The notes: generated from the sequence alone by a model not told the origin. 64,000 nucleotides of DNA from Alphaproteobacteria bacterium (GCA_965216755.1 CBDCGL010000011.1:2016001-2080000), one strand, 5' to 3'. Positions 40,450-51,007 are shown, counted from the first letter of the stretch. Made by a program: numbers and translations.

Positions 40450-41318
40450 GGTGGCGCGTCGCGCTCAAGTTGGGGCGCGTATCCAATTTGCCGACCGTTT
40501 GGACAAATGTGGTGGCGGGCTTGGTCCTCGCCGGCGGTCACGTGCTTGATGCGCGCGGCCTGATGATCATCGTGGCGTTCTCGCTCTTTTATATCGGTGG
40601 CATGTATCTGAACGATGCCTTCGACGCGCACATCGATGCGCGCGAACGTCCGGAACGGCCAATCCCCGCAGGGGATATTGGGCGCGGGACCGTATTTCTT
40701 TCAGGGTTCGCCATGCTGGCGGTGGGGATCGCGATACTGGCTGCGATCGGCCAGATACCGAGCGATGGGACCGGGCTTTGGTCTGCCGTCGCCGGCGCAA
40801 TGCTGGCCGCAACAATCGTTTTATACAACTGGCACCACAAGGAGAACCCACTCAGCCCCGTACTAATGGGTCTGTGCCGGGTGCTCATTTATCTCGGCGC
40901 GGGTCTATGCGTTAGCGTTGCGCTGCCCAATCCGCTGCTTGCAGGCGCCGGTTTGTTGCTTTGCTATCTGATCGGTTTGACCTATGTCGCGAAACAGGAA
41001 AATATCAATGAGATAGGCAACATGTGGCCCCTGGCCTTCTTGGCCGCGCCGGTCTTGTATGGCCTCAACCTCATCGTGACGGTACCACTAACCGCCGTGT
41101 TTTGGGTAGCCCTGTTCGGTTGGATATTGGTCGCCCTTCGGTTCATCATACGCCGTGCCGCCGGAGATATCCCGCGCGCGGTGGTGAGCCTCATCGCCGG
41201 CATCTGTCTTTTGGACGCGATGCTGATAGCCGGCGCTGGCCAATTTCCCTTGGCGTTGCTTGCCGTCGGCGGATTCGCGTTAACCTTGGCCCTGCAACGT
41301 TATGTGCCAGGCACATAG
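40446..41318 (+). CDS. eboC: UbiA-family prenyltransferase (EboC)
   Basis: GRVSNLPTVWTN, GMYLNDAFDA.ID..ERPERPIP, YN..HK, MG.CR, LLDA; multiple TMs. Confidence 0.88.
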   Translation: MRWRVALKLGRVSNLPTVWTNVVAGLVLAGGHVLDARGLMIIVAFSLFYIGGMYLNDAFDAHIDARERPERPIPAGDIGRGTVFLSGFAMLAVGIAILAAIGQIPSDGTGLWSAVAGAMLAATIVLYNWHHKENPLSPVLMGLCRVLIYLGAGLCVSVALPNPLLAGAGLLLCYLIGLTYVAKQENINEIGNMWPLAFLAAPVLYGLNLIVTVPLTAVFWVALFGWILVALRFIIRRAAGDIPRAVVSLIAGICLLDAMLIAGAGQFPLALLAVGGFALTLALQRYVPGT

Positions 41319-41332
41319 ACAGCGAGCGCGCC

Positions 41333-42715
41333 TCAGTTAAAGATGTGGTCGAGAACGAGTTGTTTGAAGTTTGTCGCGTCGACGCTATCGCGGGGCAATA
41401 GATCCGGGCGGGAACTGATAACCAGGGGGCCATGTTGTGCGTCTTCGATGAGGCGACCGTGGGATCCCCTGACAATTTGCGTGTCCTTGAGCGAAATCAC
41501 GTCGAACAGGCCCCGGAAGCCCATTCTTGCCCTCACGAATCGTGTCGCGATTGCCAGTTTCGGCCAGCGGATTTCAGGGTCGATAAACAACTCGACTGGG
41601 TCGTAACCGGGCTTGCGGTGAATATCAACGGTTCGCGCGAAGTCCGGCGCGCGCGCATCATCAAGCCAATAGTAGTAACTGAACCATCGATCCGCATGGG
41701 ATACCGCGACAAGTTCACCGGCGCGCGGATGATCGAGACCGGTGGCACGTTTACCCTCTTCATCCAAAACGGCCTCGACACCGTCGAGCTTCTCAAGCAT
41801 GGCTTTGATTTCTTGGACCCGCCCCTTGTCTTCGGCATAGACATGGGCAACTTGGTGGTCAGCCAAGGCAAAGGCCTGTGAGGCACCGGCATCCAACAGC
41901 TCGCGCCCGTTCTCGACACGCACCTGAATCAGTCCGGCGTCACGCAAAGCGCGGTTGATATGTACGGCATCGGAAACAGCCGTAATTCCGTATTCTGAAA
42001 CGACGATAGTGTCCGCGCCACGGCTTTCCGCCGCGGCAAAAAGCTCGCCGCATACCGCGTCAACTTCGGCCAAATCTTTTTGGATTTGCGGATGGTCCAC
42101 ATCCGGGCCAAGGCGCTGTAGATTGTAGTCCAGATGCGGCAGATAGCAGAGCGTCAATGTCGGTGCGCGCGTGTCCATAACGTGTATCGTTGCGCGCGCA
42201 ATCCATTCGCTCGATGAAATGTCGGTTGCCGGCCCCCAAAATTTGAACAGGGGGAACATGCCGAGCTTGTCGTTCAGTTCGTTGCGCAGATGGGACGGAT
42301 GTGCGTAGTGATCCGGTATCTTGCGGCCGTCCGCCGGGTACATGGGTCGGGGTGTCGCGCTCCAATCCGCGCTTGAGTACATGTTGTACCACCAAAACAT
42401 TTTCGCGCAGGTAAAGCTGGGATCGCGTGCCCGGCCCGCCTCCCAAATTTTTTCGCCGCCGATTAGCCGGTTTGATTGCCGCCACAACAAAACCTCCGAC
42501 TGGTCGCGGAAGTACCAACCGTTCGCGACGGCACCATGGCCGGACGGCGACAGACCGGTTGCAAGCGTCGATTGCACTGTACAGGTGACCGCCGGAAAAG
42601 CAGTGTTGAGGGGGCGCCATGCCCCGCGTTGCGACAGGCGATGCAGATGCGGCGTATGTTGGTTAATGAGCGCCGGCGTCAGGCCAACGACCAAGCAAAC
42701 GAGTGTCGGTTTCAT
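41333..42715 (-). CDS. eboF: Alkaline phosphatase/nucleotide pyrophosphatase family protein (EboF)
   Basis: VVGLTP, PAVTCTVQST, WRQSN, FWWYNMY, YLPHLDY.LQR, VSEYGI, DHQVAH, VDIHRKPGYDP.ELF, GSHG. Confidence 0.9.
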   Translation of the reverse strand: MKPTLVCLVVGLTPALINQHTPHLHRLSQRGAWRPLNTAFPAVTCTVQSTLATGLSPSGHGAVANGWYFRDQSEVLLWRQSNRLIGGEKIWEAGRARDPSFTCAKMFWWYNMYSSADWSATPRPMYPADGRKIPDHYAHPSHLRNELNDKLGMFPLFKFWGPATDISSSEWIARATIHVMDTRAPTLTLCYLPHLDYNLQRLGPDVDHPQIQKDLAEVDAVCGELFAAAESRGADTIVVSEYGITAVSDAVHINRALRDAGLIQVRVENGRELLDAGASQAFALADHQVAHVYAEDKGRVQEIKAMLEKLDGVEAVLDEEGKRATGLDHPRAGELVAVSHADRWFSYYYWLDDARAPDFARTVDIHRKPGYDPVELFIDPEIRWPKLAIATRFVRARMGFRGLFDVISLKDTQIVRGSHGRLIEDAQHGPLVISSRPDLLPRDSVDATNFKQLVLDHIFN

Positions 42716-42846
42716 TCGGCAGCTCTACCAGGTCGGCCCCAGCAATAGCAAATGGTTTGCCCTTCCCAAGTTTTGCACTCGTCGTGTAAACTAATGTGGC
42801 ATTAAAGATACGGCCAAGCTCGGTAAATCCGGATGATGAGGTGGCC

Positions 42847-43725
42847 ATGGCCGCGCCCGAAAGACAACTCGAACTGCTCACGATGTGGCTGCAAAGACAG
42901 CTGCCGGTTGTGGCACGTGGCTGGCTGGATGCGCAACTAGACAAGTTGCGGAAAGATCCGTCGGAAAAGGCTTTGCACATTTTCTTGGGCATGGCACCGC
43001 GGAAGATTGGACGAGACGATTTGGCGCTGAGCGAGCAAGATCTCGCCGCCGCGCAAGATGTCAGAACGGGCTGGGACCCGACGGGTTGGACAGTCGATCA
43101 GACCGCGCGCATTCTTGCATTGTGTCAAACTGGCCTGATCGGAAGTGCGTTTGCCGCCCTGTTCGCCGATCTGTGTCGAACGGCCGAAGTGCAAGAAGCC
43201 ATTGCGTTCTATCGCGGCCTGCCGCTGTACCCTGATCCGGAGCTCCTGGAACTGCAAGCGGCCGAGGGATTGCGTACCAATGTGCGCGCCATATTCGAGG
43301 CCGTCGCCCATCGCAATCCTTATCCGCGTGAGGTGTTCAACGAAGATCGTTGGAATCAAATGGTCCTGAAAGCCCTGTTTATCGGCAGTACGCTCGATCC
43401 GATCCAAGGGCTGGATGAACGGGCGAACGCCATATTGGCGCGCATTCTACGCGATTTCGCACACGAGCGATGGGCAGCAGGTCGACAGATCGCACCTGAA
43501 TTGTGGCGCTGTGTTGGACCATTTTCCGATGGTGAAACACTGGCTGATTTTGAGCGGCTGATGGAAAGCGACAGCGATAGTGACCGGGAAGCAGCCGCCC
43601 TGGCGCTTGCTGCAAGTCCGGCACCGGACGCACGGCAGTATCTGATCCGCATGCCCGAACTTGCGTTGGCTGTCGAGAGCGGCGCCTTGACATGGCAAAA
43701 TCTTTCAGACGGCGCCACCGCATGA
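42847..43725 (+). CDS. eboA: EboA-domain protein
   Basis: W..DQ.AR..L, EGLRTN, FEAVAH.NPYP, WNQMVLKALF, D.AHERWAAGR...PELWRCV. Confidence 0.88.
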   Translation: MAAPERQLELLTMWLQRQLPVVARGWLDAQLDKLRKDPSEKALHIFLGMAPRKIGRDDLALSEQDLAAAQDVRTGWDPTGWTVDQTARILALCQTGLIGSAFAALFADLCRTAEVQEAIAFYRGLPLYPDPELLELQAAEGLRTNVRAIFEAVAHRNPYPREVFNEDRWNQMVLKALFIGSTLDPIQGLDERANAILARILRDFAHERWAAGRQIAPELWRCVGPFSDGETLADFERLMESDSDSDREAAALALAASPAPDARQYLIRMPELALAVESGALTWQNLSDGATA

Positions 43726-43783
43726 GAATGGCGGAGCTTAGCTGGCAACGGCGAGCCATGGTTCGCCGTAAGGAGACGTGATA

Positions 43784-44710
43784 ATGCAATTGATCGACCC
43801 GCACGCGCATATGCTTTCGCGCACCACGGACGACTATGAAGCCATGGCTGCGGCCGGAATCGTCGCCGTCATCGAACCCGCATTTTGGCTCGGCCAACCC
43901 CGAACCAATGTGGGTTCCTACATCGACTATTTGTCCGCCCTACTTGGTTTTGAACGTTTCCGCGCTGGGCAATTCGGAATCCGACACTATTGCACGATTG
44001 GTCTCAACTCCAAGGAAGCCAACAACGAAGAACTTGCCGAAGCTGTCATGGAAATACTGCCGCGATTCGCTCTCAAAGAAGGCGTGGTCGCCATCGGCGA
44101 AATTGGCTATGACGAACAAACCGATTTGGAGGACAAGTACTATAGGTTGCAACTTGAGCTCGCCAAAGAGCTCGACCTGCCGATCATGATCCACACGCCC
44201 CATCGCGACAAGAAACGCGGCACGACACGATCAATGGATGTGATCGAAGAACACGGCATCCCGGCTTCCAAAGTGGTTATCGACCACAACAACGAGGAAA
44301 CGGTTGCGGAAGTTCTTGATCGCGGTTTCTGGGCCGCATTTTCGATCTACCCAAGCACAAAGATGGGCAACGCCCGAATGGTGCAGATTCTTCGCCGCTA
44401 CGGCGCGGAACGCATCATTGTTGACTCCGCCTGCGACTGGGGAATTTCGGAGCCCCTCGGTGTCGCGAAAACAGCGAAGTTGGCATTGGAAAGAGGCATT
44501 CCGGAGTCCGTTGTTCACCTTGCTTGCTACAAGAACGCGCTTGATGCCTATGGACAAAGCGGGCAGCTGCAGGAAGATGACTGGCTCAATCCGCCGTCGA
44601 TCGATCAGCGCACGGTTTATGAAGGCAATTCGATCCTTCGCGGTGGCCGAGAGCCCGTGGTCGCGGAAGGCCGCAATCGGCGCACAATGGAGGAACTCAT
44701 AATCGAGTAA
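43784..44710 (+). CDS. eboB: TatD-family hydrolase (EboB)
   Basis: DPHAHM.SRTTDDY, EPAFWLGQPRT, GLNSKEANN, GEIG, HTPHRDK, DHNNE, DSACDWG. Confidence 0.9.
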   Translation: MQLIDPHAHMLSRTTDDYEAMAAAGIVAVIEPAFWLGQPRTNVGSYIDYLSALLGFERFRAGQFGIRHYCTIGLNSKEANNEELAEAVMEILPRFALKEGVVAIGEIGYDEQTDLEDKYYRLQLELAKELDLPIMIHTPHRDKKRGTTRSMDVIEEHGIPASKVVIDHNNEETVAEVLDRGFWAAFSIYPSTKMGNARMVQILRRYGAERIIVDSACDWGISEPLGVAKTAKLALERGIPESVVHLACYKNALDAYGQSGQLQEDDWLNPPSIDQRTVYEGNSILRGGREPVVAEGRNRRTMEELIIE

Positions 44711-44803
44711 GCGCGATTGCGTGCTGTGAGGCTTGCGTCTGACAGACCAATAAAGCGATAGGGGCGAACGCCCGCACACTTGCCTGCACAAACGAGAGCG
44801 GTG

Positions 44804-44836
44804 AAAAAAGGGGCAGCAACATTCTGCTGCCCCTTT
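44804..44836. terminator. Intrinsic, probably bidirectional terminator
   Basis: AAAGGGGCAGCA-ACATTC-TGCTGCCCCTTT 12-bp stem between convergent genes; 6-T tail on the minus strand. Confidence 0.75.
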
Positions 44837-44857
44837 CGTCATGTTTGTCCTGCGGTC

Positions 44858-46501
44858 TTAGCCGCCGGTGTGCGTAATGGTCCAGACCAAACCGGAGCCT
44901 TTGGTCGTATAGAACGGTGACGGCATCTCAAAATCAACGTAGACCTCGCCGTAATCGACGACGTACATGGTCTTGCCGTCATTGGAGAAGACAACGTCGT
45001 TTGGCCGCTCCAGGCCGCCCCGATTTTCTTCCTTTTGATAGGCGTTGGGGCCCGGTTCAATATTCTGCGCAAAGGCCGTCCAGCGCACACCCGTGGGTTC
45101 CAGGAACTCAACCTGAAGGATCATTGGCCAGGTCGGGATGAGGCTTTCCGGACCCGTGTCCAGAATGCCGTAGACGGCGCCGAACAAATCATTGTCCGCA
45201 CCAAAATTGCTCGCGCTCCAAGCAATTCCATCGATCGGGTTGTTGGTATCCCATTCCAGAACCGGGTTGATATAGCCGTCCGGATTCGGGTTAGCGGCAA
45301 TCAACGGAACACCGCGGTTGCCCTCAACATGCGGTTGGAACCGGTATGGGAAATCCGGCGGAATGAACGGCTTGTCGCCGATATAGAGGTTTGGATACGG
45401 CCGGTCGACCTTGGCGCCGTCATAAGTGCGCCAGCCGAACCGCTTGTTCGAGACAAAATTAAAACCTTCCTTGTCCGGGAAGCCCGCGTCTTGTCCCATC
45501 TCGGTAACGACCCACAGCTTTTCGGCACCATTGGCAACACGTCGATTACCGAGATCGTTGGCGCCATTATCGGACACGGCCAGTGCGTTCTCCCACTTGG
45601 TCCCCGCCGGTCCAAAGGCTATGCCGGCCTGATTTCTGAATCCCCAGGCATAGTTCTCCATCTTGTCGTGGGGGAAAATGCCGTCATCACCCTGATCCGA
45701 AAACTTGACGCGGATCACGGACCCGTGGCACGGGGTTTGTGCCTTGATGACCATGCCGGGTTCCGCGGGCACACCGACCGGCAGCAACGCACCTGTCAAA
45801 CGGCCATCGCTCGAACGCACGTTGAGGCCCGTATGGACCATGTCACGGCACACGGCGTCGTGTGGTGTGGTACCGTGGCCGTCATTGTGCTTTACCCAAT
45901 ACGGATCGTTCGGCACATCGGTCCAGCCATGATTGTCCGGATCGGCAAAACCGGTATTGCTCGGAAACCCGAGGGCAAAATACAGATAACCGTCTTTGCA
46001 AGTGACACCGCCGTTGCGATGGTCACCGACCATCAGGTCTTTAACCACCAGTTTCGGCTCACCCTCAACGCCGTCAATCTCAAAGATCTTCTCGCCATAT
46101 TCCGGCACGTACACTTTGCCGTTCTCCGGGCAATAGCCGATCTCGTTCATCACCGTCGTGAACGTTCCGATGCCGATGTCACGCAAGTGGTTGCCGCTGG
46201 GATCAAAGACCTTGACATGTGGCGGATCGATTTCGTCAAGACCACCAAATAGCGGTCCTGAAATCGCCACCCAAAGATTGCCGTCACCGTCAATGGTTGC
46301 CGCCGATGGCGTGTCAAGACCAGAGACAAACACGCCGACCTCGTAGCCGTCGGGCACCACAACCTTTGACGGATCTGGCGTGATTGCCTTGCGTTTTTCC
46401 CAGCCGCCGGACTCGCCTGTTCCTTCCATGTCTGCCATGGCCATGCCGGCCGATAGGCAAACAGAGAAGGCAACGAGCGCCGTGAGCCTGCGTCCCTTCA
46501 T
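44858..46501 (-). CDS. Secreted glucose/sorbosone dehydrogenase-like beta-propeller protein
   Basis: Signal peptide (AMA), VPDGYEV..F.SGL..P, GDHRNG, YAWGFRN..GIAF, DNG, ERP.DV.FS.DG..MYVVDYG. Confidence 0.75.
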   Translation of the reverse strand: MKGRRLTALVAFSVCLSAGMAMADMEGTGESGGWEKRKAITPDPSKVVVPDGYEVGVFVSGLDTPSAATIDGDGNLWVAISGPLFGGLDEIDPPHVKVFDPSGNHLRDIGIGTFTTVMNEIGYCPENGKVYVPEYGEKIFEIDGVEGEPKLVVKDLMVGDHRNGGVTCKDGYLYFALGFPSNTGFADPDNHGWTDVPNDPYWVKHNDGHGTTPHDAVCRDMVHTGLNVRSSDGRLTGALLPVGVPAEPGMVIKAQTPCHGSVIRVKFSDQGDDGIFPHDKMENYAWGFRNQAGIAFGPAGTKWENALAVSDNGANDLGNRRVANGAEKLWVVTEMGQDAGFPDKEGFNFVSNKRFGWRTYDGAKVDRPYPNLYIGDKPFIPPDFPYRFQPHVEGNRGVPLIAANPNPDGYINPVLEWDTNNPIDGIAWSASNFGADNDLFGAVYGILDTGPESLIPTWPMILQVEFLEPTGVRWTAFAQNIEPGPNAYQKEENRGGLERPNDVVFSNDGKTMYVVDYGEVYVDFEMPSPFYTTKGSGLVWTITHTGG

Positions 46502-46534
46502 GTTAACCTCCCTTACTGTGAGCTCAAATCACGC

Positions 46535-46885
46535 TCAATACAGGGTCAGGCTACGGATGTAGGAGACAATGTCCTTGATGTCGCTATCGGAAAGAACACT
46601 CTCCCAAGCCGGCATATACCCACTCTTGCCGACTTCCGGCCCGCCCTTCGAAATGACCTGAACCAAATATTCATCCGGTAACAGGTCCACATACCCCCGC
46701 CTGGTCAGTGTATCGACATGGGGCATGAACGTTTTCGCCGCGCCGCGACCTTTTTCACCGTGGCAGCCCGCACAGTGCTGAATGAACAAAGCAGCGCCCT
46801 GCTCCACATCCTCGGCAGCAGCCGGCTGTGCTGCAATAAATGCAGCCCAGGCAAGCATCACGCACGCCAATCCGATTGACCGCAT
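46535..46885 (-). CDS. Periplasmic monoheme cytochrome c
   Basis: Signal peptide, GAALF..HCAGCHG, YMPAW, LSD.DI..IV.YIR; AAGGAG RBS. Confidence 0.9.
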   Translation of the reverse strand: MRSIGLACVMLAWAAFIAAQPAAAEDVEQGAALFIQHCAGCHGEKGRGAAKTFMPHVDTLTRRGYVDLLPDEYLVQVISKGGPEVGKSGYMPAWESVLSDSDIKDIVSYIRSLTLY

Positions 46886-47596
46886 GTCAGCACTCCTTGG
46901 ACTCTTCCTGATTTCGTCTGTCAAATCTCGCGGCAGTTTGTCAGCATCTTACTTGAACCGAACCGAGCTTCAGAGCCGCTCCGCTCCGGATCATCGTTAT
47001 GTCTTGAAAAGCGCCATGGGGCCATGTCCAATTTTGCCGATCCCACCGCAATTCTAGGCGTAACTCACCGCGCCGCATCACCCAATTGGAATTATTGTGC
47101 CGCCCACTTGATTTGGTGTTCATGACGCCCGCGACCGCCAAAGCCATTTGCAGCAGCGTAGTGCGCGTACCACAGCATGGTCAATGTAGATTTCGTGACT
47201 CACGTACCTATTTCAAGTCGCAGCTTGGACAGTCTGGTACGCCATTTCGACAGCTTTGTCGGGCGGTGCCATTTCAACCAAGTTTTGCTATCCGCAGCAA
47301 ATTCTTTTCCATCGCAGCCTTCTCGATGAACACATGCCGCACCGGTTGGCACGTGTCTGTCCAACTGCACGAAAGCACCAACAATTGGTCGAGATCCATT
47401 CTGATGTCGGACCGCGTCTTCGATCCGATACCGGACTACACGACATCACCGAGTTTGCCCTCAAACCGCGACCCAAACAAAAAAACAGCGCGACACGGCC
47501 AAACGCGACAGGGGGTTATCCATGACCGCGTTTCGCGAGGCCTTGACCTGTGTTCGTTTTATCAACAACGATTTGTTCCATAAGTAACGCCGCTGA

Positions 47597-48262
47597 CTAT
47601 CTCGCCTCCGGCGGCCGCGTGGTATCATGTTGCTGGCGCGACCCCAAGACCGGCCGAACGAGTAGAAACAAGACCGGCGGCACGACGGCGCTTGCCGCCA
47701 ACGCGAAGCCGGGCGTCAACTGCCCGGTGCTGCCCAACGCCGCAAAAGCGAACCCCAGCGGCACGGCACCGCAAGCCAACGCAGGGACGAATTTCTTTGC
47801 GGGCATGCGCGTCAGGCCAGCCATACACGCCACGACCTCGGGAAAAACCGGAAGCCAACGCGACAGCACGACCAGCCACATTCCGATCCCACCAGCGACC
47901 CGGCGACCCTCTGTTAGCCCTCTCTCACCCAACAACCGGCGCGCGACACGTTCGCCAAAGGCGCGGCAAAGCAGGTAGCCCGCAAGACCCGCAGCAACAG
48001 CGCCGATGGACGCCACAATTCCGCCAACAAGCGCGCCATAGATCATGCCCAACACCGTCATGATCGCGGTCGCAGGGATCGGCAGCACGAGGTCCGCGAC
48101 TAGTAGCCCTATCCCGACCGCCCAAGCCCAGCCGCCAAAGCCACGCAACCACTCTAGCGCCGCCGAAACGGAAAATGCGTCTTCCAGATGGCCGCCCCAG
48201 ATCAAGTACGGAACGATCACGAGTAGCGCGAGACTGAGAAAAACCGCCAACAGCCGTGCCAT
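47597..48262 (-). CDS. DedA/VTT (TVP38) family membrane protein
   Basis: DLVLPIP, G.IYG...G, GY.LCR.FG, SRWLPV.PE...MAGL.RM. Confidence 0.85.
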   Translation of the reverse strand: MARLLAVFLSLALLVIVPYLIWGGHLEDAFSVSAALEWLRGFGGWAWAVGIGLLVADLVLPIPATAIMTVLGMIYGALVGGIVASIGAVAAGLAGYLLCRAFGERVARRLLGERGLTEGRRVAGGIGMWLVVLSRWLPVFPEVVACMAGLTRMPAKKFVPALACGAVPLGFAFAALGSTGQLTPGFALAASAVVPPVLFLLVRPVLGSRQQHDTTRPPEAR

Positions 48263-48414
48263 ATGTCGTGACTTTCAAATGAATCGGGCCGGTACGCAGG
48301 TCGCGCCAAGCGCACATTCCCCTTGTGCCTTATGTCGGCACAATCACCGCGCGACCGATTCCTTTTCAGTCGTCGCACATTCATTCGTATAGCAACCCAT
48401 ATCACTGTTTCCCA

Positions 48415-49128
48415 CTACCATACTTCGTGATACGGCCGCAGTTCGACATCGAACGACCAAGCTGACCGATCTTGATGGGCAATGTGAAACATTTCATCGG
48501 CGATCGCACTCGGTTTCACAAAGAAATCATCGGGCTTGTCCGGTGCCATGCGTGGCCGTGTCCAGGGTGTGTCGATCATTGCATCGACCGTGACGTAGGC
48601 CACGTGAATACCCTTCGGGCCGAATTCGCGGGCCAAGGATTGTGCCAAGATTCGTTGTGCTGCCTTGGTCGGCGCGAAAATCGGCGTGTGCGGCTTACCG
48701 CGATGAGCCGACGTGTTCCCGGTGATCAGAATTGTGCCCTTCCCCGCCGCAATCATGTCCGGAATGACCGCCCGGCCGAGATAAAACAACGCGGTCGTGT
48801 TAATCCGGAAATTGTGTTCCAACAAGCTGGGATTCGCGTCGAGGAACTTGACCCAACCACCGCCGACCGCGTTGTGCAGCACCACCTGGGGCGCGCCCAT
48901 GTCCGCTTTGACCCGTGCGACCGTTGCGACCAAATGATCGAGATCGGCCACGTCACAGGCATAGCCCCGCGACCCCGGCAATTCGTTCTCGAACTTTCGC
49001 AAACGGTCTTCGGACCGCGCCAACATAGCGACACGATAGCCGCCATTGGCAAATCGCCGGGCCGCGGCGCCGCCGGTTCCCTCGCCGAGCCCGGTCACCA
49101 AAAAGACAGGTTGTTTGGCCTCGGTCAT
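48415..49128 (-). CDS. Short-chain dehydrogenase/reductase
   Basis: VTGLGEGTG, HNA, TG.TSA.RG, FA.TKAAQR.LAQSLAREFGPKGIHVA. Confidence 0.88.
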   Translation of the reverse strand: MTEAKQPVFLVTGLGEGTGGAAARRFANGGYRVAMLARSEDRLRKFENELPGSRGYACDVADLDHLVATVARVKADMGAPQVVLHNAVGGGWVKFLDANPSLLEHNFRINTTALFYLGRAVIPDMIAAGKGTILITGNTSAHRGKPHTPIFAPTKAAQRILAQSLAREFGPKGIHVAYVTVDAMIDTPWTRPRMAPDKPDDFFVKPSAIADEMFHIAHQDRSAWSFDVELRPYHEVW

Positions 49129-49336
49129 ACACCCCTCCATGTTCGCCCCACCACAGGGCCTTGTCGTCACAAGACGGTGAACATCCTATCGACTCGGTCA
49201 GGCTTGACTTGACCAAAGAGCGGGCACCGGCTGTGCCAACACGTCACATCGCCCCTGATAGCCGCATACGGTTCTGGTCCGTTGGTGGACAAGGCGGCAA
49301 CATGGGCAAAATCAACTACAGCTCGGAGTCAGCGTT

Positions 49337-49969
49337 GTGAAGCTTTACGATTTCGGCCCGGCCGCCAATTCCAAGCGCGTGCGCATGTTCCTGTCTGAGA
49401 AACAGCTCAAGATACCTGTTATCGAGCTGAATGTGCGTGACGACGCACAGTTCAAAGAACCCTACACCACCATGAACCCTTTCCATTGTGTACCGTTTCT
49501 TGAGCTGGATAACGGCACTGTGATAGCGGAGTCGATCTCAATTTGTCGCTATCTGGAAGAGCTGCACCCGGAGCCATCACTGTTCGGTCGGGACCCGGTG
49601 GAGCGGGCCATCATCGATATGTGGAATCGGCGGGTCGAGCTTGACGGTTTTATGCCGATTCTCCACGCGACTCGAAACAGCGTGCCGCTTTTCGCCGGTC
49701 GTGTCGTGCCGGGCACGCGCACAGACCTTCCACAGCTTCCGGTCATGGTCGAACGTGGCAAAGAAATGCTGGACATCTTTCTGGCGCGGCTCGAGCCCCA
49801 ATTGGCCAAGAACGATTTCGTCGCGGGTGCCAAAGTCAGCATCGCGGATATCACCTGCTATTTCGTCATCAACATGGCCAATCGGTTCGAGATGGATGTG
49901 GCAAGCCGCTATCCCGGCATACAGCGCTGGCACACAATGTTTTCAGCGCGGCCGAGTACGGAGGCATAG
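49337..49969 (+). CDS. Glutathione S-transferase
   Basis: MKLYD...NSKRV.MFL.EK, NP...VPFLELD.G..IAES..I.RYLE, SIADI. Confidence 0.9.
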   Translation: MKLYDFGPAANSKRVRMFLSEKQLKIPVIELNVRDDAQFKEPYTTMNPFHCVPFLELDNGTVIAESISICRYLEELHPEPSLFGRDPVERAIIDMWNRRVELDGFMPILHATRNSVPLFAGRVVPGTRTDLPQLPVMVERGKEMLDIFLARLEPQLAKNDFVAGAKVSIADITCYFVINMANRFEMDVASRYPGIQRWHTMFSARPSTEA

Positions 49970-50028
49970 AATCACCGGACATTGGCTTGGTCCGGAGCAA
50001 CCGACGACACCGCCCAAATCCTGAATCG

Positions 50029-50901
50029 ATGGACACCTTCAACACCATGACGAACGCACCCGCTGAAATTTCGGAAGGCGACGCCGAGGGCGAGATTCGG
50101 GTGCTCTATGAAGACATTCGATCGACCATGAATGTCGGCATGGTCAACCTGATTTACCGTCGAATGGCCATGGTCGATGGTCTGCTGGCGTGGGTTTGGG
50201 GCGCTATACGCCCGGCACTGACAACCGGCTGCGCCACGCGCGCATTGGCGACCCTCGAATCCAAAACCCACTGGCCGACCACGCCTGCAATCCCTGCCTC
50301 CACGTTCGCTGTGCTGGGCATCGACACACAAGACTTGGCGGCCATTACGCACATGCTCGGCGACTACAATCGCGGCAATGGACTCAATCTGTTTGTTCTG
50401 ACGGCACTGGCGGCAGCTTTGAACGCCAACGCACCCCACACAAAAAAAACGGCGGCAGACGTCGACGTCGGCCGCCATACGCCGCGGCCTTTGCCACCAA
50501 TCATTGCGATGAGCCAGATGGCGCCAGCAACATCCAACCTGGTGCGTGACCTGAGCACTCCCATCGCACCACCCGGAAAGCCGATGATTCCCAGCCTGTT
50601 TCGCCATTTGGCGCGCTGGCCCGGTTATCTGGCCGTCGTGGCGCCGACGATCATCCATCTCGCAAAATCGGGCGAACTATCGCAACTTTCCGGCGCCATT
50701 CAGCAAAAGGTATCTGGTGTCGCGGCTGACTTCAGTCAGGACATCGCTTTTCCACACGGCGTCGCCCCGCCGGACGCAGCAACACAAAAATATTGGCTTG
50801 ATCAATTGCATGCCTACACATCAAAACCGATTCCCGAGATGTTCGTCATAGGGCACGTTTTGCGTCGCGCCTTGCCAGAACCCCAAAACGCGCAGGGGTG
50901 A
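50029..50901 (+). CDS. Hypothetical protein, DehI (group I haloacid dehalogenase)-like
   Basis: EGDAEGEI..LYEDIR......VNLIYR.MA and a second PSLFRHLARWP.YL repeat. Confidence 0.5.
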   Translation: MDTFNTMTNAPAEISEGDAEGEIRVLYEDIRSTMNVGMVNLIYRRMAMVDGLLAWVWGAIRPALTTGCATRALATLESKTHWPTTPAIPASTFAVLGIDTQDLAAITHMLGDYNRGNGLNLFVLTALAAALNANAPHTKKTAADVDVGRHTPRPLPPIIAMSQMAPATSNLVRDLSTPIAPPGKPMIPSLFRHLARWPGYLAVVAPTIIHLAKSGELSQLSGAIQQKVSGVAADFSQDIAFPHGVAPPDAATQKYWLDQLHAYTSKPIPEMFVIGHVLRRALPEPQNAQG

Positions 50902-51007
50902 CTCAACGAAGCCGGCCATCTTCATCATCGCGCAAGCGGTTTACTATGATGGCAATGGGGCCAAATGGCGCCTTCAGAACGAAGCTTCGTTTGGGAAGGA
51001 GACCCTT

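Noticed and set aside
45035-46252. 405-aa plus-strand ORF
   Set aside because: Antisense shadow of the beta-propeller gene.
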